From Schmidtea nova (lineage: Eukaryota), in NCBI GenBank assembly GCA_044892505.1, contig CM097884.1, positions 122,326,001-122,390,000 of the forward strand: DNA of 64,000 bases, given 5' to 3'. Positions within the stretch are counted from its first letter, which is position 1. Every line of letters starts with the position of its first letter. Made by a program: the position numbers and the translations under genes. This document shows, one piece after another, positions 1 through 11,733 of the stretch. The notes under the pieces were generated by a model. The model was not told the DNA's origin and ran no database searches. It saw nothing but the letters and a program-made list of their open reading frames with translations.

Positions 1-556
1 ATTTTCATTTGTGTTGCCTGTGCTCGAGCTTCTCGCAAAATTGATGTTCCAGAAACTGGAAATCCATTTTGTCTCTGCTGAATAACCCATTTCTTCAAAT
101 GATCCTCCAATGCTGGCCATTGAATGGGTCAAATTCTCTTGACTAAATTTGCATTTTTATTCCCAATCAATTGCAAAGAGATCTTTTGTTTTTTCCATCG
201 CTTGATTAGGCTAATGTGACAGCCATAATGTTCAGCTGCTTTTGAAATGGATGAATTCCAAGCATAATTCACAGCAGCTTCTTTAAATTGTATTGTATAT
301 GTTTTTCGTTTTTTGTCTGCCATTTTTCAATTTGATTTGAATTTGTTAAATTAATTATATAATTAAACAACATTATTGATTTATTATTAGTATCTTAATT
401 TTTAAAAAAATATTTTATTAAATATTATAACGTAGAATTAGTACCTTAGTAAAATGTAGTACCTTTGTAAAGATAGTACAAAAATCGTGGGCTTCCAAAA
501 ACTTTAATAAAGTCATACCTTAGTAGGGAGTAGTACCTTATAACCAAAGAACAGGG
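1..556 (-). mobile_element. Left part of a pogo/Tigger-like DNA transposon, inverted copy of 3837-5493; runs off the window start
   Basis: Reverse complement matches 3837-~4390. TIR CCCTGTTCTTTGGTTATAAGGTAC is flanked by TA (557-558). ORF 323-129 MADKKRKTYTIQFK... is the HTH N-terminus. Confidence 0.92.
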
Positions 557-577
557 TACTCGGTATTATTTCAATTC

Positions 578-1014
578 AAAGCAGGTCATGTCGAAATATT
601 TAATCGTACATTAAGAGATCGTCTAAAAAATATTTTGTTCACCAGTGTAATAAAATATGGATTATAGTTTTACCACAAATGATTCATAGCTATAAACATT
701 AGACACATGGAGGTATAAATGGAAAGAAACCTGGTGATGTGGTTGATTCTGAAAACAAATAAAGAAACTTAAATATAAAATAGGTGATCATATTCGGATT
801 AGTAAAGTTTGTGCATCGCCATTCATTAAAACCTTTGATAGTAATTAGAGCGAAAAGGTATTTAAAATATCGAAAATCAACACAGTCCAGAATCCTGTCA
901 TGTATACTATTTTTGATTCTTATAACAATATGGTCAGTGATAAATTCTATGAACAAGAATTACAAGTTATTCTCTCTCCATCAATATATAAAATTCAAAA
1001 AATATGATAATTGA
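578..1014 (+). pseudogene. Polinton/Maverick-type integrase C-terminal remnant (frameshifts, stops)
   Basis: Manual translation across frames gives KAGHVEIFNRTLRDRL...WIIVLPQMIHSY...KYKIGDHIRISK...N*SEKVFKISKI...FYEQELQVI. This follows the Polinton integrase pattern (ERFNRTLK / FKVGDxVRISK / NWSEE / FYEQELQ). Confidence 0.8.
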
Positions 1015-1183
1015 TTATTATGTTTGTTTAAATAATGTGAAAAACGTGATTGCTGATTTTTGAATGTATAAATAAAGTTATCTTGTGCGTTCAACTACAA
1101 GCTATCGCCGAACGAGTGACGTGACGATATGGTTCTCCCAAGTAAGAACAATAGCTCTCATGTAAAATATTGAAAATCTGGAG

Positions 1184-1495
1184 ATGTTTCTGCCGATACT
1201 GATGAAAGTAGAAGCATATGCGGTGTATCAACATATCAGTGATGAAGTCAGAGGAAGTTTTATCAAGACCGAAGCAGCAATGAAGACAGCCTTCTCTATG
1301 TCGATGTTTATTGCCTTTGAGAAATTGAAGAATCGATCATGGAACAACAAACCTGTTGATGTTTATCTGGCCGAACTAACATCTCTGGTTAAGTTATCTG
1401 GGGTGAATGATGCCGTTATTAGATGTTCGTTCGTTACTGGACTTCCAGCGTCTATACCACAGTCACTACATGCTATTCCGAACATGAAAAATTAA
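1184..1495 (+). pseudogene. Gypsy-like gag fragment
   Basis: AFEKLKNRSWNNKPVDVYLAELTSLVKLSG...CSFVTGLP resembles Ty3/Gypsy gag. Confidence 0.65.
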
Positions 1496-1617
1496 ATATT
1501 CACTCAATACAGATAACAAAAACTGAAATCATCCAATAACAGAGAAAACCATCATTCTTTAAAATGTTAGAAGCTTTTCCCTCGTTCGAAATTCAAAAGA
1601 ATTAAGATGAAATATTT

Positions 1618-2580
1618 GTGAACATGTTAACAGGGTCACAACAAATAGTCTTGCCAGAAAGCCATCAACTCGTTAAATTCAAGAGGCTCCACAATATATG
1701 CCACCCGGGAGCAAACGCTACGATTAAACTAATATTGTCAAAGTATGAATGGCCACGAATGCGGGAACTAATCCGAAGATGGTGCAAAAACTGTGAGAAA
1801 TGTCAGAAAAACAAGATTACCAGGTACACCAAATCAGCTTTCAAAAAACTCCCAAATCTAGGAAAATTCAAAGTTATTCAAGTGGACATTGTTGGTAAAC
1901 AACAAGATATATATTCATACTATTATTGACAGACATACTTCGTGGCCGGAGGCCATCTCGATCTCTGAGATAACAAGTGACATAATAATGAGAACCTTGG
2001 AGACCGAGGGGATATGCCGCTATGGAGCTCCAGAAATCATCATTACCGACAACGGCAATCAGTTTATCTCAGCCACATTCAGAGAGATGTGTCAAAGATT
2101 CAATGATGATCACAGACATACCACAACATATCATCTTCAATGCAACGGTAAAGTTGAAAGGCAATGAAGACACACTCTGATGATGCCCCCAGAAGGTGGG
2201 CAAATGAACTTCCGACAATTCTACTTGGACTTCGCAGTGTCATCTCCGAAGAAAAAAATGGATCACCAAGTCAAAGTGTTTTTAGAACGGATGGACGACT
2301 AACTGGTGACGTTATAGTCAGAGGGAAAAGAAATCAAAATTGAAAACCATTCCTACCAAGCGAGCTGAAGGAATCTACTCACCTGTTGCTCAAAGCCGAA
2401 TCAAAAACCGCCCTCAAGCCTGTATATGACGGACCATGGGCCATACAAGGTAGTAAGCCGAAGCTCAGACTTTAAAACATTTGAAATTCAATTATCAACG
2501 AAAACCTTACGAGTATCGGTAGGCAAACTCAAAGCAGCCCATCTTCAAGAATCTATTAGGTCACTCCATGACCTCGGCGG
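1618..2580 (+). pseudogene. Gypsy integrase remnant (HHCC finger, rve core, GPY-like motif), frameshifted
   Basis: HNICHPGANAT...CKNCEKCQKNK; VDIVG; IIDRHTSWPEA; IITDNGNQF; NGKVER; WANELPTILLGLRS; LKPVYDGPW. Confidence 0.9.
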
Positions 2581-2587
2581 AGGGCTA

Positions 2588-2715
2588 TGTAGCCAAATCA
2601 ATTAAATAGTTATTATAAATACCATTATTATAGATATGTAGTAAAAATAAAGAATCACAAATTCGAAAATTGACTTATTTCTTATATATTATGTTGAACT
2701 CCGAAAAAGACTACA
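2588..2715 (+). repeat. Short 3' LTR of the Gypsy remnant, preceded by a polypurine tract
   Basis: CGGCGGAGGGCTA precedes TGTAG...CTACA (5-bp terminal inverted repeat), with an internal AATAAA. Confidence 0.65.
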
Positions 2716-3836
2716 GCCGCACTGAATACCTGTGCTGATTTTGTAGAAGAAAATTTTTACAAAAGTAAAAGACAGACTACACTTGACTCATTTTTGTATT
2801 GAATTAAATTGTATGTACCCATTTATTATTTCAATTAGGAATTTATTATTATTTTTTCGTAAAAGTTTATATTATTTGTAATTTATATGATAATTTATAT
2901 TATATGTACATAATTTATAGTTTCCAAGAGTTTATAAAATAAAATTATTTTTAAAAATTTGCATTGTTTAATTTTGTGTGTGTATTACTAGTTAAAGGCC
3001 TTAGTTGCCAAAACCAAATATATAAATGAATTTTAAAAAATGTGAAATTCGCTTAATTGGGACAGCCGCTTAATTGGGCCAAAATGCCCAAGTACCGATG
3101 NNNNNNNNNNNNNNNNNNNNNNNNNNNNNNNNNNNNNNNNNNNNNNNNNNNNNNNNNNNNNNNNNNNNNNNNNNNNNNNNNNNNNNNNNNNNNNNNNNNN
3201 NNNNNNNNNNNNNNNNNNNNNNNNNNNNNNNNNNNNNNNNNNNNNNNNNNNNNNNNNNNNNNNNNNNNNNNNNNNNNNNNNNNNNNNNNNNNNNNNNNNN
3301 NNNNNNNNNNNNNNNNNNNNNNNNNNNNNNNNNNNNNNNNNNNNNNNNNNNNNNNNNNNNNNNNNATTTTTATCTAAAAATGTCTTTAAATAATTCAAAT
3401 GGTAAGCTTATATTATTTAATAGATGTTTTTTTAATGTTTTCGTTTGTTTAGATAAATTGATGACCTTTTCATATCAAAGCTGTATGATCTCAACCCAAA
3501 ATTGATGAGAGAACTCGTAAATTGCGCTTTGAAAGTTCTGCCAAATAAGATCCATTTAATCAGATACATCGATATTAATGAAGTCTTGGTCGATCATCTG
3601 CATAATTTAGATGAGGATCTACCAAGTTGTAGCATCAATGTCATATATATCTATAGGTGTGACAGCTGCCCTATAGAACCCAAATAAATCATAAATGATT
3701 ATTTCAAAATGAGTTGAGAAAATTGTAAATGTTATTGTTATAAATGTTTTATATTTAAAAATTGTTTTTGCATCTATTTTTATTTAGTAGACTTAATTTA
3801 TTGTTTAAAACTTGTATGTCTTTGTATTTTCAATTA

Positions 3837-5493
3837 CACTGTTTTTTGGTTATAAGGTACTACTCCCTACTAAGGTACGACTTTATTAAAGTTTTGGAAG
3901 CCCACAACTTTTGTACTATCTTTACAAAGGTACCACCTTTTACTAAGGTACTAATTCTACGTTATAATATTTAATAAAATATTTTTTTTTAAATTAAGAT
4001 ACTAATAATAAATCAATAATGTTGTTTAATTATATAATTAATTTAACAAATTAAAATCAAATTGAAAAATGGCAGACAAAAAACGAAAAACATATACAAT
4101 ACAATTTAAAGAAGCTGCTGTGAATTATACTTGGAATTCATCCATTTCAAAAGCAGCTGAACATTATGGCTGTCACATTAGCCTAATCAAGCGATGGAAA
4201 AAACAAAAGATCATCTGCAATCGATTGGGAATAAAAATGCAAAATTAGTCAAGAGAATTTGACCCATTCAATGGCCAGCATTGGAGGATCATTTGAAGAA
4301 ATGGGTTATTCAGCAGAGACAAAATGGATTTCCAGTTTCTGGAACATCAATTTTGCGAGAAGCTCGAGCACAGGCAACACAAATGAAAATTAACAACTTC
4401 AAAGGATCTTCATATTGGATTTTCAGTTTCATAAAAAGAAATAGGCTCACAGTTCGGGCTGTTAGTTCAGTTGGCCAGAAGCTTCCAGATGATTGGGAAA
4501 TTAAAATGAAAAGTTTTGTAAATTTCATTACACAGCACAAAAATAATTACTCGCTTCAGTATATTGGCAATATGGATGAAATACCTATTACTTTTGACAT
4601 GCCTTCAAAGTTTACAATTGATCAGGTAGGATCATCTGACAATCGCATCAAAACAACTGGAGCTGAAAAAAATCGGTTCACTGTCGCTCTTTGTGTAACT
4701 GCAGATGGTGGCAAATTACCAGCTTATGTGATTTTTCGACGAAAAACAATTCCATCAGGTTCCTTTCCATGAAATGTAATCGTATCAGCTAATGAAAAAT
4801 CTCAAATGACTTCAACGGAAACTCTGCTGTGGCATGAAAAAGTTTGGATGAAAAGAAAAATGGCGCTTTTCAATAGAAAATCACTTATCATGATCGATTC
4901 TGCCCCAGGTCATCGCACTGATGAAGTCAAATCTAAATTTACTGCAGCTGGGACACTGATTGGTATGATTCCAGGTGGTTTAACAAAGAAATTACAAGTT
5001 CTAGATATAAGTGTAAATAAATCATTTAAAACTCATCTCCGACGTCATTGGGAGAATTGGATGGTAAAAGGATATCAAGAATACACAAAGTCTGGAAATA
5101 TGAAGCGAGCTTCTTACGAAGAGATTTGTCATTGGATATCTGAGGCATGGAAGGCAGTACCAGTTTCTGCAATAAAAAATGGTTTCAGATCGACAACCAT
5201 TGATTTTTATACAGAAGACTTGGATGATATTAATGAGCCAATGGTTGAGGAATTGTTGGATGATAAAGATGAACAAGAAAAAGACGATATTGATATTCGT
5301 GATCAGCTTATTGATATATTTCTTGATGGAGAAAACTTTGCTAGTGAGAGGAAGTAGAATTTTTTGAATAAAAATTTTTAATACTTTTTATATTTTCTGA
5401 ATATAAATTTTTGTACCGTTTTTTTTTAAGATTCCACTTGATACTAAGGTACCATTCTTTACTAAGGTCGTACCTTATTACCAAAAAACAGGG
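3837..5493 (+). mobile_element. Full-length pogo/Tigger-like DNA transposon with ~27-bp TIRs and TA TSD
   Basis: Left end TA|CACTGTTTTTTGGTTATAAGGTACTAC, right end GTCGTACCTTATTACCAAAAAACAGGG|TA. The subterminal motif TACTAAGGTAC is repeated. Confidence 0.93.
4069..5357 (+). pseudogene. pogo-family DDE transposase (HTH + CENP-B HTH + DDE_1), one frameshift and two in-frame TGA
   Basis: NMDEIPITFDM, TTGAEKNRFTVALCVTADGGKLP, MIDSAPGH, PGGLTKKLQVLDISVNKSFK. Frameshift near 4205; TGA at 4260 and 4770. Confidence 0.93.
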
Positions 5494-6537
5494 TAAGTCT
5501 TTTATTTAAGTTATTTTTGTTTAAGACCTGTAGGTGTTTGTATAAGAATTGTTTTATTTGGTTGTTTTTATTAGTTATGGAAACGTTTTAATAATCTGTT
5601 TGCATTTTTTATTAAATGTTTTTAAATTACATTTTTTTATTTAAGTAATATTTGGTTAAAACTTGTCTTTGTTTGTATTTTTGTTTAAAGTAATTATCTT
5701 GTTTAATGAAAAGTAATTTAATAATAAAAATATTTGACTATTATTCATAATAGTATTACAGCAGTGATGCAAAATAAGTTTTAATACAGATACATAATAT
5801 TACTCATATACACACCTTTGAATACACACATACATGTCATATGCAATACAAATGCACGAATCTGGTTGACTATGATAAAACAATGATGAATATAAATAAC
5901 ATAACAAAATTAGTCAAAATCATAAAATGCAATCTGTTTTAAGTAATCAAAAATCTAGTCCAATCAAGAAAAAGTTTGATGACTCGAATGAAAAGACGAT
6001 TAAACCGATTTTCAAGCGCACTCAAATGTTTCATGAACATCAAGTGTTTTTCTTAGAAAAAGAAATTGAATACAAATTCATTAATCCAGTCAAATTAGTC
6101 AAGTCGCAATATTCCAACTTGATTGACAAATTATGTAAACAAAATGTTGTTAGAATTAACAAAAAATTGATGAAAATCAATAAAAATTTAACTTGCAGTG
6201 AAAACATATTCATCAACAATCGCAGAACACATTTTCATGATGACTTTATCACTAGAATATAAAGAGGACGAAAACTGGTTCATCAATATTACAATCCAAA
6301 GATATAAAATCGATCACAAAGAAGCTATGGTAACGATTTGGAGAATACATGGTACTATATTAGCATAGAGTTGTATTTTAATAAATTTTGCGAACATCAG
6401 TTTTGACTTTTTTAAAGTTTTTGTCTTTTGTGAACTTTTAAAATTATTGAATTTTTTAATTTTTTAAAATTTGATCTCTAAAAAATAACTTGATCTTGTC
6501 TTAACTAGTAAATCAAAAAAAAATTCTTTTTTCAAAT

Positions 6538-6862
6538 CCATGCTTTATGCGAGCAGAACTCCACTTGGCTGAGAAATTTTTTTTTGCAATTTATATTACA
6601 TTTACACGCAAAATTTCTCTGAAGACACCAACACATTTACCTCTCGTCCATTGTTAAATGTATGGGGAAATTCAAATTGTTATTTAGTTAACTTAATTAA
6701 CTTTTTTTGGTTAAATTTATCAATTTCCATGTATTGTCACCGGAAGTGAGCAAGTGTGCAAAATTTGAAGTGAATCGGTTGAGAGAAAAGCACTAAAAAA
6801 TTGATTTGTAATTTTGTGGCACACACATATATATATAGAAAGCAACCTTATATAAAGCATGG
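6538..6862 (-). mobile_element. Non-autonomous element with short terminal inverted repeats and a (TA/CA) microsatellite, Helentron/HINE-like
   Basis: CCATGCTTTAT (6538-6548) and ATAAAGCATGG (6852-6862), with a microsatellite next to one end. The class assignment is inference. Confidence 0.4.
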
Positions 6863-8048
6863 AAAAATGATCTTGACCTTAAAAAAATTATAACATTACG
6901 TCATCTGTTGCATCATCTAAAGCAAATATTCTCCAAGATTTACAAGTACTCATATAATACTTAAGAATATGTTGAAGGTAATAACCGTTTATATTTCAGA
7001 AGAGTGCGGCTAATTCCTTTTTATCTGTCTGGACTAATTGCAAGAGTTACAAGCAACGCCTAAAAATTCCCCAGTATAATCATTCTTATTCCTAACTGAT
7101 TTGAGTAAAGTTTTCTTATAAAGTCAACAGGTTGTGGTCGAAGAAAATGGCCGTTAGTAGTTAGAATAATTTTAAAGCAAATAATCAGTTAACGGTTTCC
7201 TTAAAATAGAATTTCTACTATACTGTTTTTGTGTTTTCTACCTAGATCTAATGACCAAAACAATTTTTCAGTAAAACGCATGAATAGAATTATTTTCTAC
7301 AAGAAACCCTACAAGAAGTATTTAAAAAGTTTTGTTATAATTTGCAAGATGTGATTTGGATCTAAAATAATATTCAAAAGGATTATTTTCCAGTATAAAG
7401 AAAGTCACAATAGCAAAAAATGCCGCGTGGTCTCATCTATGGGTGTTTGAAAAAACTGAAAACATAAAAGGTTAAAATAATTTGATTGCAAATTTTAGGA
7501 AATTATAAGTAGGACCGAATGTATTAAGTCATTTCAAATCAGTGGTTGAGGATTTGGTATTTTATTGGGGCAATTATTATCTCACTGTAAAAGGTCTCGA
7601 TACTCGGTGATTGGGTAAGTCAGACTATCAGCTATTACTTGTTGTGGTTGAAACATTGAAGTTGTAAATATTTGCTATTCAATATATGTTGGGAGTTGTC
7701 ATTAGTTTATTTGTTTTTAAAAGAACACAAGAAGTCAGATTTTACCGACTGCTATTTATTTTTTAATTGATACCAACGGTTTTTGTAAATTGGTACTTGG
7801 AAATTTCAAAGAACAATTATAGTCTTCGAAACTAGAATCAAGTCTTTCTTTTTACCGACTTTTTTAAATCTACAATATTGTTCTAATTTCCGTTCATTAG
7901 AAAGATCATTCAAACCAAATGTGAATTTTTACCAAATTTATTTGAGATCTTTTAGTTCGTTTAAATTTATTTCGATCAAACTACAAAAAATGTATCTAAA
8001 TTTTTATTGAAAGCCTTACATTATTAATCTCAATCAAATTTTCTGCAG

Positions 8049-8381
8049 AGATATTTATCTGTAAACAATATCAGCAGTGACCACTTAAAAGAACCGTCAC
8101 AGGTAATGAGAATTTCAGAAGTATGTTTACTGAGTGTCGATTTGTTGATTACATTTTTATAATGATTACCTTGGAGAGTAATTTTTGTAATCTTTGTTTT
8201 GTTTTATTGAAAATCTTTTTATTTTTCTATTGTGAAATTTAACGCGATTTTTAAGTTTAGCTCTCATCAGTACCATGCAAGAAATTTGACTCCACCCGAA
8301 ATTGAATCCAGTGACTTTATGACCAAACCAGCGAGTTGGATCACTCCATCATCAATCCACAATAAATATCACATTTTTTAA
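8049..8381 (+). CDS. Two possible terminal exons of an unidentified host gene (8049-8102 and 8271-8381)
   Basis: TTCTGCAG|...CAG|GTAATG bounds a 54-nt open exon. A second exon after CTCATCAG reads YHARNLTPPEIESSDF...HIF* in phase, with AATAAA downstream. No homology recognised. Confidence 0.25.
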
Positions 8382-9082
8382 TCGCTATCATCAAATGTAA
8401 ATAAATGTATTTAATATTTTACAAATTAGGCATATGAAACTCATATCATCCCTGCATTAGCTTAGGTGTAAATACAGTTAAAGTTTGTAATCGCATCATA
8501 TGGTGGTAAGAAATTACATAGATTAAAATCGTTTTTCAGATGACTAACTGTTTAAAATAATTTTATTTGCTAATATCATATTCGATGCGATTTCTAATGG
8601 TAATTGCATTTCAAGCTTGTTCGACTTTCAATAAAAAAGATATTGAAAGAGAGGAGTCAGATGAATACAATCGTAAAAGAAGTTCATGAAAAAAACAAAG
8701 AAATATCAAATTGAAAAAAATACAAAGTGAATTTTATGTGTTGAAAAGAAAACTTTGTTTAATGTTGACATTAGAACTAAAAATGAAGATGGATATTTAG
8801 AACTGACTACAATTATGAATAAAAGGCACAAGAGAACAAACAAAATTAAGAGACCAGGCAGGAAATTCTATCATTAAATATATTGAATGGTTTAATGCTT
8901 TAAAAGAATATGAATGTGATGATATATGAGAATTTTTAATTATTAAATTAATAAATCTAAATAAAAATAAATTGGAACATGTTCTAAAATAATAATTGAC
9001 AATATAAGTATTATTAAGAATTGTTTTATTTAATAAAAAATGGTATATTTTGAATAGAATAAAGTTTAAATAATGTTTTTGA

Positions 9083-9084
<2 letters not shown>

Positions 9085-9148
<64 letters not shown>
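9085..9148. repeat. (TTA)n microsatellite abutting the PLE-B fold-back
   Basis: Direct reading. Confidence 0.97.
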
Positions 9149-9196
9149 CAATAATTCTCATAATGACTATAGATCAAATTTTTTTTATAAACAATA

Positions 9197-9231
9197 ACAC
9201 AATATTTCGGCACAGCCTTTATCAAGTGTGT
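9197..9231 (-). ncRNA. Minimal type I hammerhead ribozyme motif, U3-A8 variant (PLE-B)
   Basis: Sense sequence ACACAC-TTGATAA-A-GGC TGT GCC-GAA-ATAT-T-GTGT. Confidence 0.7.
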
Positions 9232-9717
9232 ATTTCTATCGTTATATTTACTTAATCCTAAATAGTAGCCTTAATTATTTTTTTAATATTTTATAATGAT
9301 TTTATTGGATGAAAAAATTTATTTTAATTTTTTTGTGCGAATTGAATGTTGATGGACGGTTTGTATTTTTTTATGAAAAAAGTCTCAGAAGCTAATCTTT
9401 GTAATGAATTTTTGAATCCCTCTTGTAGAATCTGGCATTTTGTTTCTTCTATAGATGGAGTTGTTGTTGTTGCTGTATATATTGTTGTTGTATTCTATAG
9501 AAGAAACAAAATGCCAGATTCTACAAGAGGGATTCAAAAATTCATTACAAAGATCAGCTTCTGAGACTTTTTTAATAAAAAAATACAAACCGTCCATCAA
9601 CATTCAATTCGCACAAAAAAATTAAAATAAATTTTTTCATCCAATAAAATCATTATAAAATATTAAAAAAATAATTAAGGCTACTATTTAGGATTAAGTA
9701 AATATAACGATAGAAAT

Positions 9718-9752
9718 ACACACTTGATAAAGGCTGTGCCGAAATATTGTGT
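9718..9752 (+). ncRNA. Minimal hammerhead ribozyme motif (PLE-B)
   Basis: ACACACTTGATAAAGGCTGTGCCGAAATATTGTGT. Confidence 0.7.
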
Positions 9753-10671
9753 TATTGTTTATAAAAAAAAATTTGATCTATAGTCATTATGAGAATTATT
9801 GATAATAATAATAAAAAAAGATCAAAGGTNNNNNNNNNNNNNNNNNNNNNNNNNNNNNNNNNNNNNNNNNNNNNNNNNNNNNNNNNNNNNNNNNNNNNNN
9901 NNNNNNNNNNNNNNNNNNNNNNNNNNNNNNNNNNNNNNNNNNNNNNNNNNNNNNNNNNNNNNNNNNNNNNNNNNNNNNNNNNNNNNNNNNNNNNNNNNNN
10001 NNNNNNNNNNNNNNNNNNNNNNNNNNNNNNNNNNNNNNNNNNNNNNNNNNNNNNNNNNNNNNNNNNNNATTTTTAAGCTTTATGAATACTTCATACAATA
10101 TTCAAAATCGTTTAAATATTTCCTAATAACAGATATCGTTTCGATACCCAGGGCCTAACAGTTAAAAACACGTTGATTATTAGAATATAATAGATCACAT
10201 AATATAATAAACATCTTTTACTTTCATATATCTTTACGTTTCCATTTCAGAAATTTTACACTGGAAATAAAATGTTGAAAATTTGCATAAAAGTATTGAT
10301 ATATAGTCTTAATAATTATTAAGGGGGCCTTAAGGATGCTTAATAAATTCTTGTGATTATGTTTTTAACATTGTAGATTGTGCTTGTTTGTTGCTTTTCC
10401 GGGAATTTGGTTACAATTTAGACACTTTTTACATCCCCATGTATCAATGTAAGAGGGGACTTCATGAAATAAATAATCGCCTGATGGAACTATAAAAATA
10501 AATATGTATAGATATTCTATCATTGCATAGTTTCTTTACAGATACACTGATATATTCTTAACTTAAGATTAATTAATTAGCACGAAAAAATGTTTTATGC
10601 TTAATTAAAACTATTAAAACAATTGAAATCTTTAAATAATATATCCCCATTTATTCCATTGTATATCATTC

Positions 10672-10995
10672 GCATATGTATATCCAAATTTTCCTCTGTC
10701 CTTCTACTTCTTTTTGAAATTATATTTTTACTAGATGCTCTATTATGTCTATTCTGCTTTTGGCGGGCCCTAGTAATTATGATAATTATTGAAATAGATA
10801 ACATTTATAATTAAATAGCCATTTGCTGGATGTACAATTTCAAAATGAAAGTATGTCTGAATTTCATTGTATAAATCAGAAGTGCCGAAACTGCGGCTCT
10901 TTGACTTTTTGTGTTTTTCTTTAGTTTAGTATGTTCTATATTAAATTTTAATATGAGATTTTTTGCACAACTCCTACGTTAATGTAAGTAAACAT
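10672..10995 (+). repeat. Dispersed repeat; second copy at ~26497-26830
   Basis: Long shared stretch ...TAGATGCTCTATTATGTCTATTCTGC...CAGAAGTGCCGAAACTGCGGCTCTTTGAC...CACAACTCCTACGTTAATG. Confidence 0.85.
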
Positions 10996-11226
10996 AAATT
11001 TTTCATAAATAATTTAAAATAAAGTTTTAAAAAATGACTTTAGTCATTAATTAATTATGGTAATAAAAATAAATTTAATTTATAAGTTTATATTGAAAAT
11101 CTTGTGGCTCTACTGTGTTTTAAGATTTAAAAAAAGGCTCTTTATATAAAGCTTTCAGCACCCTTGTTACATATGTTTCAGTAATAATGATAAAAAATCC
11201 AGAATTTATAGGAATATAAACATAAT

Positions 11227-11733
11227 TTATGTAATCAAATATAGACTTTCATTGTGTAGGAATGCTCGTAGCAAATAAGATTTTATTAATAGAAATTGAT
11301 CTCCAATTGACAAGTTGGTCTTTGGCAACCCAAAATCCTGACCGATGATAACAAGAGTTGAAATGAGCAAGCTCCATGACAGTCCGTATTGATTGATTTC
11401 TGGTGCTGGCGAATAATCGTTTAATCGAGATTGATTGTGATCCAATGTATTGGTTTGTAGATTTTTTGAGTTATACATTTCAGATTTGTCTGGATAGTAT
11501 ATTAATATTGATCCAGTTGTTGACAAGCATCTTCTAGTTTGTACGGCTTCTTTACGCATTCCAGCAGCGAAACATTTCTGCAATCTACGGAACTGGCAAT
11601 TGTTTCTTCTTTGAATATCGACTACACAATCTCCACTAGAGTAGAACTGATAATTGTTGTCATTTGATGAAAACGAGTCGCTGTGAATGTCTTGAGTGAA
11701 TTGGCATATCGAATCATTGTTAACAGCTTGCAT
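11227..11733 (-). pseudogene. Degenerate NR2-type (HNF4/COUP-TF-like) nuclear receptor fragment: second zinc finger, hinge and start of LBD in one ORF
   Basis: CVVDIQRRNNCQFRRLQKCFAAGMRKEAVQ, then NLSIGDQFLLIKSY (LxxxDQxxLL-like). Two zinc-ligand cysteine positions read F and R; first finger not seen. Confidence 0.75.

Larger units (their letters stand above)
9140..9829. mobile_element. Penelope-like family B: two 5'-truncated 3' ends head-to-head (minus arm ~9140-9466, plus arm ~9495-9829)
   Basis: Arms are near-perfect reverse complements. They match 46810-47110, which continues into a GIY-YIG ORF. Confidence 0.88.

Noticed and set aside
1021-1099. 5' LTR matching 2588-2715
   Set aside because: It ends in CTACA but otherwise does not align with the 3' LTR. 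The gag and integrase parts may come from different elements.
5927-6262. 111-aa ORF as a gene
   Set aside because: K/N/I-rich composition typical of AT-rich DNA; no recognisable domain or splice structure.
10850-10910. Hammerhead in the 10.7 kb/26.5 kb repeat (CTGAATT...CCGAAAC)
   Set aside because: The core lacks the 3-8 pair and no convincing stems form.
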